Part shown: positions 9,189 through 17,642 of the stretch, one piece after another
Position numbering within the stretch: the stretch's first letter is position 1
Layout of the letters: each line of letters opens with the position of its first letter
The notes under the pieces: model-generated
The model's database searches: none
What the model saw: the letters and a program-made list of their open reading frames with translations, nothing else
Told to the model about the DNA's origin: nothing
Translations under genes and position numbers: made by a program
NCBI GenBank assembly: GCA_958295955.1
Contig: OY282420.1
Coordinates: 150,236-214,235 of the forward strand
DNA: 64,000 bases
Direction: 5' to 3'
From: an uncultured Bryobacterales bacterium
Lineage (GTDB): Bacteria > Acidobacteriota > Terriglobia > Bryobacterales > UBA6623

Positions 9189-9314
9189 ATTTTCGACGAT
9201 TGGCGTCCGCCCGCGCAATCTCAAAGGAGCGGAACGACGGCCGAGCGGCCAAGCGACCATCATATACGCTTTAGCCGGCGGGAGTCTCCGTCGAGGCGCG
9301 CTTGGCGCGGCGGC

Positions 9315-9425
9315 GGTTGCCCTGACGCTCCATGCTCTATAGCGGTATCATTCTCCGTCCCCACGCGGGATGACCGCGGGGACGGCAGGTTGCCGTGACG
9401 CTCCATGCTCTATAAGCGGTATCAT
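9315..9425. repeat. two direct 37/38-nt repeat copies flanking a GC hairpin in the actA / ketosynthase divergent intergenic region
   Basis: Copy 1 is 9315-9351, GGTTGCCCTGACGCTCCATGCTCTATAGCGGTATCAT. Copy 2 is 9388-9425, GGTTGCCGTGACGCTCCATGCTCTATAAGCGGTATCAT. The hairpin at 9355-9385 is CCGTCCCCACGCGG...CCGCGGGGACGG. Confidence 0.85.
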
Positions 9426-9512
9426 GAAAACTTGTCTAAAAGCCTTAGCGGATAAGACCGACCGCGGAACTCGCGTTCGGCAGCGCTGCCGCCGCCCCGT
9501 AACTTTCATTTT

Positions 9513-10769
9513 ATGAACGAATCCACTCGTGTCGTCGTCACCGGTATCGGTTGCGTCTCTCCCAACGGTATCGGCCGCGAAAATTTTTGGGAGGCTACCC
9601 GCAATGGCGTCAGCGGGGTCAAGACTATCGAATCGTTCGATGTCGCCGACCTGAATTGCACCATTGCCGGCGAGATACGCGATTTCGACGAGGACGCCCA
9701 CATCGACCGCAAGTACCGCAAGCACGTTTCGCGGGCCGTGGCGCTGGCGCGGGCCGCCGCGGGCGAAGCGTTAGACGACGCCGGCCTGGACACGGCATCG
9801 ATGCCGCTCGAAGAATTGCGCGGCATCGGGGTGCTCGTCGGCTCCGGCGGGGGCAGCCAGGTCTTCACCGAAGACCAGTACCGCCTGTATTACGAATCCC
9901 GAGAAAGGGAAGTCAGCGTCTATACCGTTCCCACCTCCACGATCGGCGGCTTGGCCAGCGAAGTCTCGATGGGCTGCGGCGCCCGCGGATTGAGTCACAT
10001 TATTTCCACCGGATGCACTTCGTCAACCGACGCCTTCTATTATGCGTCGCAGCACGTGCGCACGGGCATGCTGCAAACCGCGCTCGTCGGGGGAGTCGAT
10101 GCGCCGCTGTCGTACCTCATCATCCGCGGATTTCAACTCATGCGGATCATGACCACCAAGTGGAATCACCAGCCCGATCGCGGCTCGCGGCCGTTTTCAG
10201 TCAACCGCAGCGGGTTCGTCATCGGCGAAGGCTCGTGGTTCTTCACCCTGGAGACGCTCGCGCGCGCCAAGGCCCGCGGCGCAAAGATTTACGGCGAGGT
10301 GGCCGGCTACGGCTCGAATTGCGAAGCCTATCACCGCGTGCGGCTGGATGAAGGCGGGGAAGATCCGGCGCTGTCAATGGAAATGGCCGTCCGCAACGCC
10401 GGAATCGAGAAACGGCAGATTCAGTACATTAACTTGCACGGCACTTCAACCGAGCTGAACGACCGCATTGAAACCAAAGCAGTTCGCAATTGCTTCGGCG
10501 CACATGCAGACCGCCTTTGCGGCTCGGCTCTGAAATCCATGATCGGGCACCCGCAGGGCGCGTCGGGCGCGGCGGGGATCGCGGCCACCTTGCTGGCCAT
10601 GCGTGACGGCGTCTTGCCGCCGACGATCAACCTCGACGCTCCGGACCCGAACTGTGACCTGGACTACGTTGCGGACATCGGCCGCAAGCAGGATCTGGAG
10701 TTCGCGCTGTGCAACTGCATCGGTTTCGGCAGCAAGAACTCTTCGCTGGTCCTGCGGAAACTCGCCTGA
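9513..10769 (+). CDS. beta-ketoacyl-ACP synthase family protein (KAS II / KS-alpha-like)
   Basis: 418 aa. Starts MNESTRVVVTGIGCVSPNGIG. The active-site Cys is in STGCTSSTDA, with the His pair in EAYHRV and LHGTSTELND, followed by KSMIGHPQGASG. Confidence 0.9.
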   Translation: MNESTRVVVTGIGCVSPNGIGRENFWEATRNGVSGVKTIESFDVADLNCTIAGEIRDFDEDAHIDRKYRKHVSRAVALARAAAGEALDDAGLDTASMPLEELRGIGVLVGSGGGSQVFTEDQYRLYYESREREVSVYTVPTSTIGGLASEVSMGCGARGLSHIISTGCTSSTDAFYYASQHVRTGMLQTALVGGVDAPLSYLIIRGFQLMRIMTTKWNHQPDRGSRPFSVNRSGFVIGEGSWFFTLETLARAKARGAKIYGEVAGYGSNCEAYHRVRLDEGGEDPALSMEMAVRNAGIEKRQIQYINLHGTSTELNDRIETKAVRNCFGAHADRLCGSALKSMIGHPQGASGAAGIAATLLAMRDGVLPPTINLDAPDPNCDLDYVADIGRKQDLEFALCNCIGFGSKNSSLVLRKLA

Positions 10770-10825
10770 GCGGTGAAGCAGTATGATGTAGGTGGATGCG
10801 GAGATTCAGAAAGTTGACATAATAT

Positions 10826-11218
10826 ATGTTATCGGAAATTACATTTGCGGCCTTGCTGCTCGCGGCGGCCCCGCCGCCGGCCGCCGTCGGCGCGAGTATC
10901 CGCGGGCAGCTCGCGCCAACGGTCGAGGGCCGGCCTCTGCAACTGGTTACGGCCTCCGGGCGCGCGGTCGACCTGGCGGCGGACGAGCTTTTGGAGCGCA
11001 CGATGCGCGACCCGCAGCTTGCCGGACGCACCTGGGAGGCGCTCGGGCGCGAGGCGGCGGACGGCCGGTTCGCGGTCGACCGGGCGTTCACCATCAAAGA
11101 CGGCCGGCGCTACCGCGTAACCTACTACTGCGAGATCTGCCATATCACGACATACGAACCCGGCCGCTGCATGTGCTGTCAGGAAAACACCGAGTTGCGC
11201 GAAATTCTTGAAGAGTGA
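10826..11218 (+). CDS. hypothetical exported protein with C-terminal Cys-rich (zinc-ribbon-like) motif
   Basis: 130 aa. The N-terminus is hydrophobic (MLSEITFAALLLAAAPPPAAVGA) and the C-terminus reads YYCEICHITTYEPGRCMCCQENTEL. The frame has high GC3, consistent with coding. Confidence 0.55.
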   Translation: MLSEITFAALLLAAAPPPAAVGASIRGQLAPTVEGRPLQLVTASGRAVDLAADELLERTMRDPQLAGRTWEALGREAADGRFAVDRAFTIKDGRRYRVTYYCEICHITTYEPGRCMCCQENTELREILEE

Positions 11219-12246
11219 GCGCCGATTCCATGTCCGCCGCCGCGCAACGATATTCCGCAACGAAAACCGCCGTTGACGGCGTTTCCGTCGTCCGCTTGAC
11301 CAACGAGGCTGACGGCACGACCGTTTCGGTCGCGACCGGGGTCGGCAACATCGCTTACGAGTTCCTGGTCAACGGCAAGAATGCGTACTGGTTCCCCTAC
11401 GAATCGGCCGCGAAGTTCGCCGCCGCCCCGCAGTTTTGCGGCAATCCGTTCCTCGCGCCCTGGGCCAATCGGCTGGATGAAAACGGTTACTACGCGAACG
11501 GCGCAAAATATCTTCTGAATCCCGGCCTCGGGAATTTCGAACGCGACCCGAGCGGCCAGCCGATTCATGGCTTGTTGGCCTACTCTCCGGCTTGGGAAGT
11601 TGTCGATTTGCAGGCGGACGGCAACTCGGCCTCGGTGACGAGCGAGCTGCGGTTCGGCGAGTTTCCCGCCCTGATGGCGCAATTTCCGTTTGCGCACGTG
11701 ATAGAGATGACATACCGCCTAAACGGCCATACGCTGGAGACGCGCACCCGCGTTGTCAACCGCAGCGCCGAGGCGATGCCGTTGTCGATCGGCTACCATC
11801 CTTATTTTCAATTGCACGATGCGCCGCGGGATCGCTGGCGCGTTCACATTGCCGCGGAAAGCCTTTGGGAGCTCAACGGCAAGCTGACTCCAACCGGCAA
11901 AAAGCTGCCCGCAGCCGACCGCTTCCCGGAAGCGGACGACCTGGAGATCGAAGGAGTGTTTCTTGACCACGTTTTCGACGGCTTGCGGCGGGACGACGCC
12001 GGTTTTGCGCATTTCTCGGTTCGCGGAAAGCGTGAAAAGCTGACCGTCTCTTACGGGCCGAAATACTCGACGGCCGTGATTTACGCTCCCAACGGAAAGG
12101 GACGGAACTTCATCTGCTTCGAGCCGATGTCGGGCATCACCAATGCCTTCAACCTGGCCCATCGAGGACTGTACGCGGGCTTGCAGCAGATCGCTCCCGG
12201 CGAAACCTGGGAAGAGGTTTTCGCGGTTACGCCTACCGGTTTTTAA
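11215..12246 (+). CDS. aldose 1-epimerase (galactose mutarotase-like) family protein
   Basis: 343 aa. PFLAPWANRLDENGY, HGLL and GYHPYFQL motifs typical of aldose epimerase-fold proteins. GTG 11215 overlaps the previous stop; ATG 11230 is an alternative start. Confidence 0.85.
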   Translation: MSADSMSAAAQRYSATKTAVDGVSVVRLTNEADGTTVSVATGVGNIAYEFLVNGKNAYWFPYESAAKFAAAPQFCGNPFLAPWANRLDENGYYANGAKYLLNPGLGNFERDPSGQPIHGLLAYSPAWEVVDLQADGNSASVTSELRFGEFPALMAQFPFAHVIEMTYRLNGHTLETRTRVVNRSAEAMPLSIGYHPYFQLHDAPRDRWRVHIAAESLWELNGKLTPTGKKLPAADRFPEADDLEIEGVFLDHVFDGLRRDDAGFAHFSVRGKREKLTVSYGPKYSTAVIYAPNGKGRNFICFEPMSGITNAFNLAHRGLYAGLQQIAPGETWEEVFAVTPTGF

Positions 12247-12256
12247 GTATCGGTTT

Positions 12257-13630
12257 TCAAGCGGCTTGGGGCGGCATTTGAAAGTCGTCTCGCGTATCCC
12301 GGAGCCATTGCTTCAAGAGACCGCGGTGGCGTTTCAACTCCGCGTTCCCCGCGTCCGAGAGGGCCAGGTTGCGCACTTCTCCGGGGTCGAGCGCAAGATC
12401 GAAAAACTGTTCCGGGCGGGCTCCTCCGTTGAACGCTGCGTACTTGTAGCGGGCGGTGCGCAGCATGCGCCCGGCGCGGTCGGGAAAACCGAGGTCGGCG
12501 AGCTCGCAGACGACGAATTCGCGGCCGAGCGGCTTGCCCTGGATCGCCGGCCGCAGGCTTACGCCCGCAACGCGGGCCGGCGGCGGCGCCCCGGCGTAGT
12601 CGCAGAGCGTAGGCACGATATCCGCTCCGGACGCGAGGGTCCGGCTATCGACCGCGCCGCGGCGTTCGATTCCCTTCCCGGCAACGATGAGCGGCACTTT
12701 GGCGGTTTCTTCCCAGAATGCGGCCTTTTGCGTCCAGCGGTGCGCGCCCATGCCTTCGCCGTGGTCGGACGTCAGCACGGCAACCGTGTTTTCCATGAGA
12801 CCGCGGAAGCGCAGCGCCGAGAGCACGCGGCCGATTTGCCGGTCGACATCCTCGACCATGCGGTAGTAGTCGTGCAGATAGTGCCGGAAATCGTCGACTT
12901 TCCACTCCTTGGAAATATGCAGTGAATTGGACATGCGATTGTAGTTGGCCTCGCGGTGATAAATCACGTATTCAGGCTCTTGCGGGTCGCGCCAGAAGTT
13001 TCCCGGCGCCGGCGGATAGCGCGCGGTCGTCTCGTAATCGCGGCTTCCTTCGTGGCCGCGGATCCAATGGCAAATATCGTGAGGGTTCATGAAAGAGGCG
13101 ACGAGCAGAAACGGCTCTTGCGGCCCCCGGTGCAGGAATTCGACGCACTTCGTGGCCAGCGGCTCGTCCATGTGCGCTCCGAGCGTATGGCCGCCGACCA
13201 GCGTTTCGAATCCTTCGGGTTCTCCGAAACCTTTGGGCAGGTGCCACTTGCCGGCATAGTACGTGCGGTAACCGTGTTTGCGGAAATGCCGGCCGAGGTT
13301 GGGAATGCCTTCCGCGATCGCTTGGCCGTTCTTTTCGACCCCGGTTTGATGCGGCATGAGGCCGGTCATGATGCTGCTGCGGGCCGGAGAACAGACCGGA
13401 TAGGTGCAGTAGGATTCGGTGAAGCTCACGCCGCCGGCGGCGAGGCTGTCCATGGCCGGGGTTTTCAGATAGGGATTGCCGTTGGCGCCGAGAGCGGCCA
13501 TCGACTGCTGGTCGGTCATGATCAGAACGATGTTGGGTTTGCTTCCCTGCGCCCGAGCGCGAGGAACGGCCGGCAGAGCGGCCGTCGATACGGCTCCGAA
13601 AAATGCGCGGCGCGATACGTTCCGAGGCAT
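12257..13630 (-). CDS. sulfatase (Cys-type, TAT-exported)
   Basis: The internal ATG at 13630 gives the signal MPRNVSRRAFFGAVSTAALPAVPRARA, then KPNIVLIMTDQQ and the CSPARSSIMTG formylglycine motif. Confidence 0.9.
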   Translation of the reverse strand: MPRNVSRRAFFGAVSTAALPAVPRARAQGSKPNIVLIMTDQQSMAALGANGNPYLKTPAMDSLAAGGVSFTESYCTYPVCSPARSSIMTGLMPHQTGVEKNGQAIAEGIPNLGRHFRKHGYRTYYAGKWHLPKGFGEPEGFETLVGGHTLGAHMDEPLATKCVEFLHRGPQEPFLLVASFMNPHDICHWIRGHEGSRDYETTARYPPAPGNFWRDPQEPEYVIYHREANYNRMSNSLHISKEWKVDDFRHYLHDYYRMVEDVDRQIGRVLSALRFRGLMENTVAVLTSDHGEGMGAHRWTQKAAFWEETAKVPLIVAGKGIERRGAVDSRTLASGADIVPTLCDYAGAPPPARVAGVSLRPAIQGKPLGREFVVCELADLGFPDRAGRMLRTARYKYAAFNGGARPEQFFDLALDPGEVRNLALSDAGNAELKRHRGLLKQWLRDTRDDFQMPPQAA

Positions 13631-13833
13631 CGTGACCTTATTGTAAGCAACATTGCAAGCAACGGCCCGGCTGCGGCCGCCGGAGGGCATATCGGCAGAG
13701 CGCCGCCGCGCGGTTATGCTATGCTGGAAGGCAGGCTCGGATAGATAAGAAGCAGTTCCCTGCTCTCGCTTCTTCCTGCCGCAGGGACTTCCGCCGACCG
13801 GATCCCACTCAGATAGATACAGAGACACGGCAA

Positions 13834-14493
13834 ATGCATAAGGTTGTCATCATCGGACACCGGGGGGCCGACGGCTTTCCTGAAAACACGATCCCCAGTT
13901 TCGAGCACGCGCTGGAACAGGGCGCTGACGGGTTCGAGCTTGACATCCGTAAATCCGGGGACGGGCAACTCGTAGTCGTACACGGCTCGGTTGTCGGCAG
14001 CCGTTCGGTTCAATCGACGCCCTACGAGAAGTTCCGCGATCTGGGAAACGGGTTCGAAGTGCCCTTGTTCGAGGATGTTCTGCAACGCTTCGGCAAGCAA
14101 ACCTTCATGGATATCGAGTTCAAGACTGAGGGCTTCGAAGAGCAGGCGGTCGCGCTGATCAAACGTTGGGCGAACCTTTCGCAGGTGATGATCAGCGGAT
14201 TCAACACCGACATGCTGAACAAGGTCTATGAGTTGTGTCCCGAGGTGCGCTTGGGATTCATTTACAACCGTACGCAAGACGAGGAGTCGCGGCACAACAG
14301 CCCGATCGACGTGGTGATTCCGCAATTCCGTCTGGCTTCGCGCGAGTTGCTCCGCGAGGTTCATGAGGAAGAATTGAAAGTTTTTGCCTGGACCGTAAAC
14401 GAGGAATCCGAAATGCGGCGTCTGATCGCTTTGGGCGTGGACGGGATGATTACGGACAAACCGGCGCGTCTCGCGGCCGTTCTGGGGCGGTAG
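13834..14493 (+). CDS. glycerophosphodiester phosphodiesterase family protein
   Basis: 219 aa. IIGHRGADGFPENTIPSFEHALEQGADGFELDIR and a C-terminal GVDGMITDKP are typical of the GDPD domain. Confidence 0.85.
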   Translation: MHKVVIIGHRGADGFPENTIPSFEHALEQGADGFELDIRKSGDGQLVVVHGSVVGSRSVQSTPYEKFRDLGNGFEVPLFEDVLQRFGKQTFMDIEFKTEGFEEQAVALIKRWANLSQVMISGFNTDMLNKVYELCPEVRLGFIYNRTQDEESRHNSPIDVVIPQFRLASRELLREVHEEELKVFAWTVNEESEMRRLIALGVDGMITDKPARLAAVLGR

Positions 14494-14573
14494 GGCCGCG
14501 GCTTCTGCGCCTACCCGATTCCGCAGCTTCAGCGGAACTACCGCCGCGCGGTCGCCTGTAGGATGAAAGGGAC

Positions 14574-15872
14574 ATGGACCGCGGCGAGCTCATCCTTGCG
14601 GGGCGCGAATTTCTGTTTCCGGCGGTTTTCCATTATTTCGATGAGCCGCTGGTAATCGAGCGGGCCAAGGATCAGTTCGTTTGGGATGCCGACGGGCGCC
14701 GCTATCTCGATTTTTTCGGCGGCATCGTCACGGTCAGCGTCGGTCATCTGAACGAGCGGGTCAACCGGGCGATTCACCGGCAGACGGATCGCCTGCAGCA
14801 CGTTTCGACCCTGTTTGCCACGGAACCCCAGATCGCGCTGGCCAAGCGGATTGCCGAGGTTTCGCCGGCGGGAAAACTGACCAAATCGTTCTTTACCAAC
14901 AGCGGAACCGAGGCTAACGAAACGGCGGTTCAGCTTGCCCGCTGCTACACGGGCAATACTGAAATCGTGGCGCTGCGCCACGGGTACCACGGGCGGACCG
15001 CCGCGGGCCGCGCGCTGAGCGGGCAGAACACGTGGCGGGGGCCGGCAGCGCAAAGCGGGATCGTCCACGCGCACAATGCTTACTGTTATCGCTGTCCGTT
15101 CGCCAAGACCTACCCGCAATGCGATCTGCAATGCGCCCGCGACGTCAAGGAATTGATCGAGACCGCCACATCCGGAGAAATTGCAGGATTCATCGCCGAG
15201 CCGATTCAAGGTGTAGGGGGATTCATCACCCCGCCCAAGGAGTACTTTCAGATCGTGGCGGAGATCGTCCGCGACCACGGCGGAATCTTCATCAGCGACG
15301 AGGTGCAAACCGCTTGGGGGCGAACCGGAGGCAAGTGGTTCGGAATCGAGCATTACGATGTCGTTCCCGAGGCGATGACCTTGGCCAAGGGGCTCGGCAA
15401 CGGAATGCCGATCGGCGCGACTACCGCTCGGCCCGAGGTCGCGGATGCGCTCGATTACCTGACGCTGTCGACTTTCGGCGGGAATCCGGTGACGGCCGCG
15501 GCGGCGAAAGCCGTGATCGATTTCGTCGAAGACGAGAATCTGTTGGCGAATTGCGCAGTCGTCGGCGGGTACTTGCGCGAGGGATTGTCGGCCTTGCAGC
15601 AGCGCTATCCAATCATCGGCGACGTGCGGGGCATGGGGCTGATGCAAGCTCTGGAGCTCGTCCGCGACCCGGTCACGAAAGAGCCGGCGCCGCGGGAAAC
15701 GGCCGCCTTGATGGAGAATGCCCGCCGGCAAGGGCTGTTGATCGGCAAGGGCGGATTGTACGGCAACGTGATCCGCATCAGTCCGCCGATGAACGTTTCG
15801 AAAAGCGACGTGGACGAGTTTCTGGCCGGTATGAATAGCGCGCTTGCCGATCAGGCGGCAGCGGCGGGCTGA
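14574..15872 (+). CDS. class III (omega-type) PLP aminotransferase
   Basis: 432 aa. FTNSGTEANE, ISDEVQTAWGRTG and TLAKGLGNGMPIG (PLP-lysine region) are typical of the acetylornithine / beta-alanine-pyruvate aminotransferase class. Confidence 0.9.
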   Translation: MDRGELILAGREFLFPAVFHYFDEPLVIERAKDQFVWDADGRRYLDFFGGIVTVSVGHLNERVNRAIHRQTDRLQHVSTLFATEPQIALAKRIAEVSPAGKLTKSFFTNSGTEANETAVQLARCYTGNTEIVALRHGYHGRTAAGRALSGQNTWRGPAAQSGIVHAHNAYCYRCPFAKTYPQCDLQCARDVKELIETATSGEIAGFIAEPIQGVGGFITPPKEYFQIVAEIVRDHGGIFISDEVQTAWGRTGGKWFGIEHYDVVPEAMTLAKGLGNGMPIGATTARPEVADALDYLTLSTFGGNPVTAAAAKAVIDFVEDENLLANCAVVGGYLREGLSALQQRYPIIGDVRGMGLMQALELVRDPVTKEPAPRETAALMENARRQGLLIGKGGLYGNVIRISPPMNVSKSDVDEFLAGMNSALADQAAAAG

Positions 15873-15913
15873 GCCGGCCTTCCGGGCGGGAAGAGCGGTC
15901 TTCCCCGCCCTCG

Positions 15914-17344
15914 CTATGCGTCCGCTTCTTCGGCGTCCGGTTCCTCGGCTGCCGGCGCCTCGGCGGCCGGTTCCTCGGCGGCATTGCAGGCGACGAGTTC
16001 GTCGATGCGCTCTGCCGAATAGCCGATCGCCAGCAGGACTTCGCGGGTATGCTCGCCGCGGGCCGGCGAATCTCCATGAATTGCTCCCGGCGTGCCGCTC
16101 AGCTTGGGGAATACGCCAAGCTGCTCGTAAGCGCCGCCGTCTTTGGTTCGAGTCGGAACGATCATCTCCCGTAGAAACAGATGCTCGTCCTGAATCGCGT
16201 TGGCGACATCGCGGACCTCGGTGATGCAGACATCCTCGTCCTCGAAAATTTCCATCCAGTCGCCGACTTCCCTTTTCTGAAAAATACGGGTCAACTCAGC
16301 CATGAGCACCTGTTGGCGGTCGCCTTCGGCGTATTGATCCTCGATCAGATCCTCGCGCTCCAGAACCCTGCACAAGGTTTGCCAGAACCTAGGCTCGAGC
16401 GCTCCAAGAGCGAGATAGCGGCCGTTGCGGGCGGGATAGATGTTGTAACAGGCGTAGCGGCCGAACAGGCGCTCGTTGCCGCGCTTGGGTTTGCGCTTGG
16501 TAACGGTATAGTCCGCCACCTGGACAGGCAGCAACCCCAATACGCCGTCCAGCATCGCGATGTCGACCATTTGCCCCTTGCCGCCGGCGTTCCGCGCCTG
16601 CAGCGCGAGCAATATGCCGATAACGGTGGGCAGCGAGCCGGCGGCGACGTCGGCGATCTGGGCGCCGGGCATCAAGGGCATGCCGTCGGTATCTCCGATA
16701 AGGTCGAGCATGCCGCCCAGCGCGATGTAGTTGAGGTCATGGCCCGCGAGTTGGGAATAAAGGCCGTCCTGGCCGTAGCCGGTGAGCGCGGCATAGATGA
16801 GCTTGGGGTTGAGGCGGTGCAGCTTCTTGTAGCCCAGGTCGAGTTTTTCCATCACGCCGGGCCGGAAACCGTCGAGCACGATGTCGGCTTTCTCCGCCAG
16901 GGCCAGGAATGCTTCTTTCCCCTTGTCGTCCTTCAGGTTGAGGGCGACGCTCTTTTTGCCGCGGTTGATCGTTTCGAATACCGCGCCCTTGCCGTTGATC
17001 TGCGGCTGCCCATCCCGGGCGTAGTCGCCTTCGCCGGGCTTCTCGATCTTGATAACTTCCGCGCCGAAATTGGCCAGCATCGCGCTGGCGTAGGGGCCGG
17101 GCAGCAAGCGGCTCAAATCGAGCACCTGAATGCCGTCCAGCGGCCGCGTTCCGATTTTCCGCGGCTTCTGCGCGAATTTCGGAGATTTCGGCTCGGCGCC
17201 CGCCTTCTTCACCGCCTTTTTCATGGCCCGTTTGATGATCGGGCCGGGCAAGCGGCCTCTTGTCCGCTCAGTCGCGGGAGATGGGGTCGGCGGGGATTTT
17301 TCGTCCGGGGTGGTGGCTGTTTTTTTCGTGGCCATAGCAAACAA
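15914..17344 (-). CDS. CaiB/BaiF family III CoA-transferase (alpha-methylacyl-CoA racemase-like) with charged terminal tails
   Basis: The core begins RPLDGIQVLDLSRLLPGPYASAMLANFGAEVIKIEKP. A Lys/Pro-rich stretch precedes it and an acidic AAEEPAAEAPAAEEPDAEEADA tail follows. ATG 17224 is an alternative start. Confidence 0.85.
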   Translation of the reverse strand: MFAMATKKTATTPDEKSPPTPSPATERTRGRLPGPIIKRAMKKAVKKAGAEPKSPKFAQKPRKIGTRPLDGIQVLDLSRLLPGPYASAMLANFGAEVIKIEKPGEGDYARDGQPQINGKGAVFETINRGKKSVALNLKDDKGKEAFLALAEKADIVLDGFRPGVMEKLDLGYKKLHRLNPKLIYAALTGYGQDGLYSQLAGHDLNYIALGGMLDLIGDTDGMPLMPGAQIADVAAGSLPTVIGILLALQARNAGGKGQMVDIAMLDGVLGLLPVQVADYTVTKRKPKRGNERLFGRYACYNIYPARNGRYLALGALEPRFWQTLCRVLEREDLIEDQYAEGDRQQVLMAELTRIFQKREVGDWMEIFEDEDVCITEVRDVANAIQDEHLFLREMIVPTRTKDGGAYEQLGVFPKLSGTPGAIHGDSPARGEHTREVLLAIGYSAERIDELVACNAAEEPAAEAPAAEEPDAEEADA

Positions 17345-17642
17345 ATTCTTTCCCGGAGGCCCGCATACCGCTAGAGTTCAATGGCTCACGGTAAAAAGCT
17401 CATGGGATCGCTGCGGGTACGACCCGATTCGCGGTCTTCCACCCTCGCTTCGACGGGGCGGACGCTTCAGCCGGCGGCTTGGCGGTCTCAATACGAACCC
17501 GGGGATATTGTGCCGAATCTTATTCTAGCAAAATTGGAACCGTTGCGCATCCCCCGCCTTTTCCGCTGCGTAGAAGCCGCAGCGGCGCCGCAACATGCCG
17601 TTCCCGCGGGAGCCGCCTGCCGGCGGGGCCGTGTTTTTCCGC

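Noticed and set aside
9348-9725. 125-aa minus-strand ORF spanning the actA/ketosynthase intergenic region.
   Set aside because: It overlaps the ketosynthase 5-prime end and the duplicated 37-nt element, and has no protein-like features. The repeat copies give different reading outcomes: one copy hits a stop immediately.
13834-14493. Slightly lower GC of the glycerophosphodiester phosphodiesterase gene as a sign of horizontal transfer.
   Set aside because: The drop is modest compared with the 39.4-40.2 kb islet. The gene has an ordinary housekeeping-type function and no boundary features.
17535-17546. Sigma-54-like TGGAAC...TTGC element.
   Set aside because: The spacing is wrong. GG and GC are 9 nt apart rather than the 12 nt of the TGGCAC-N5-TTGC consensus.
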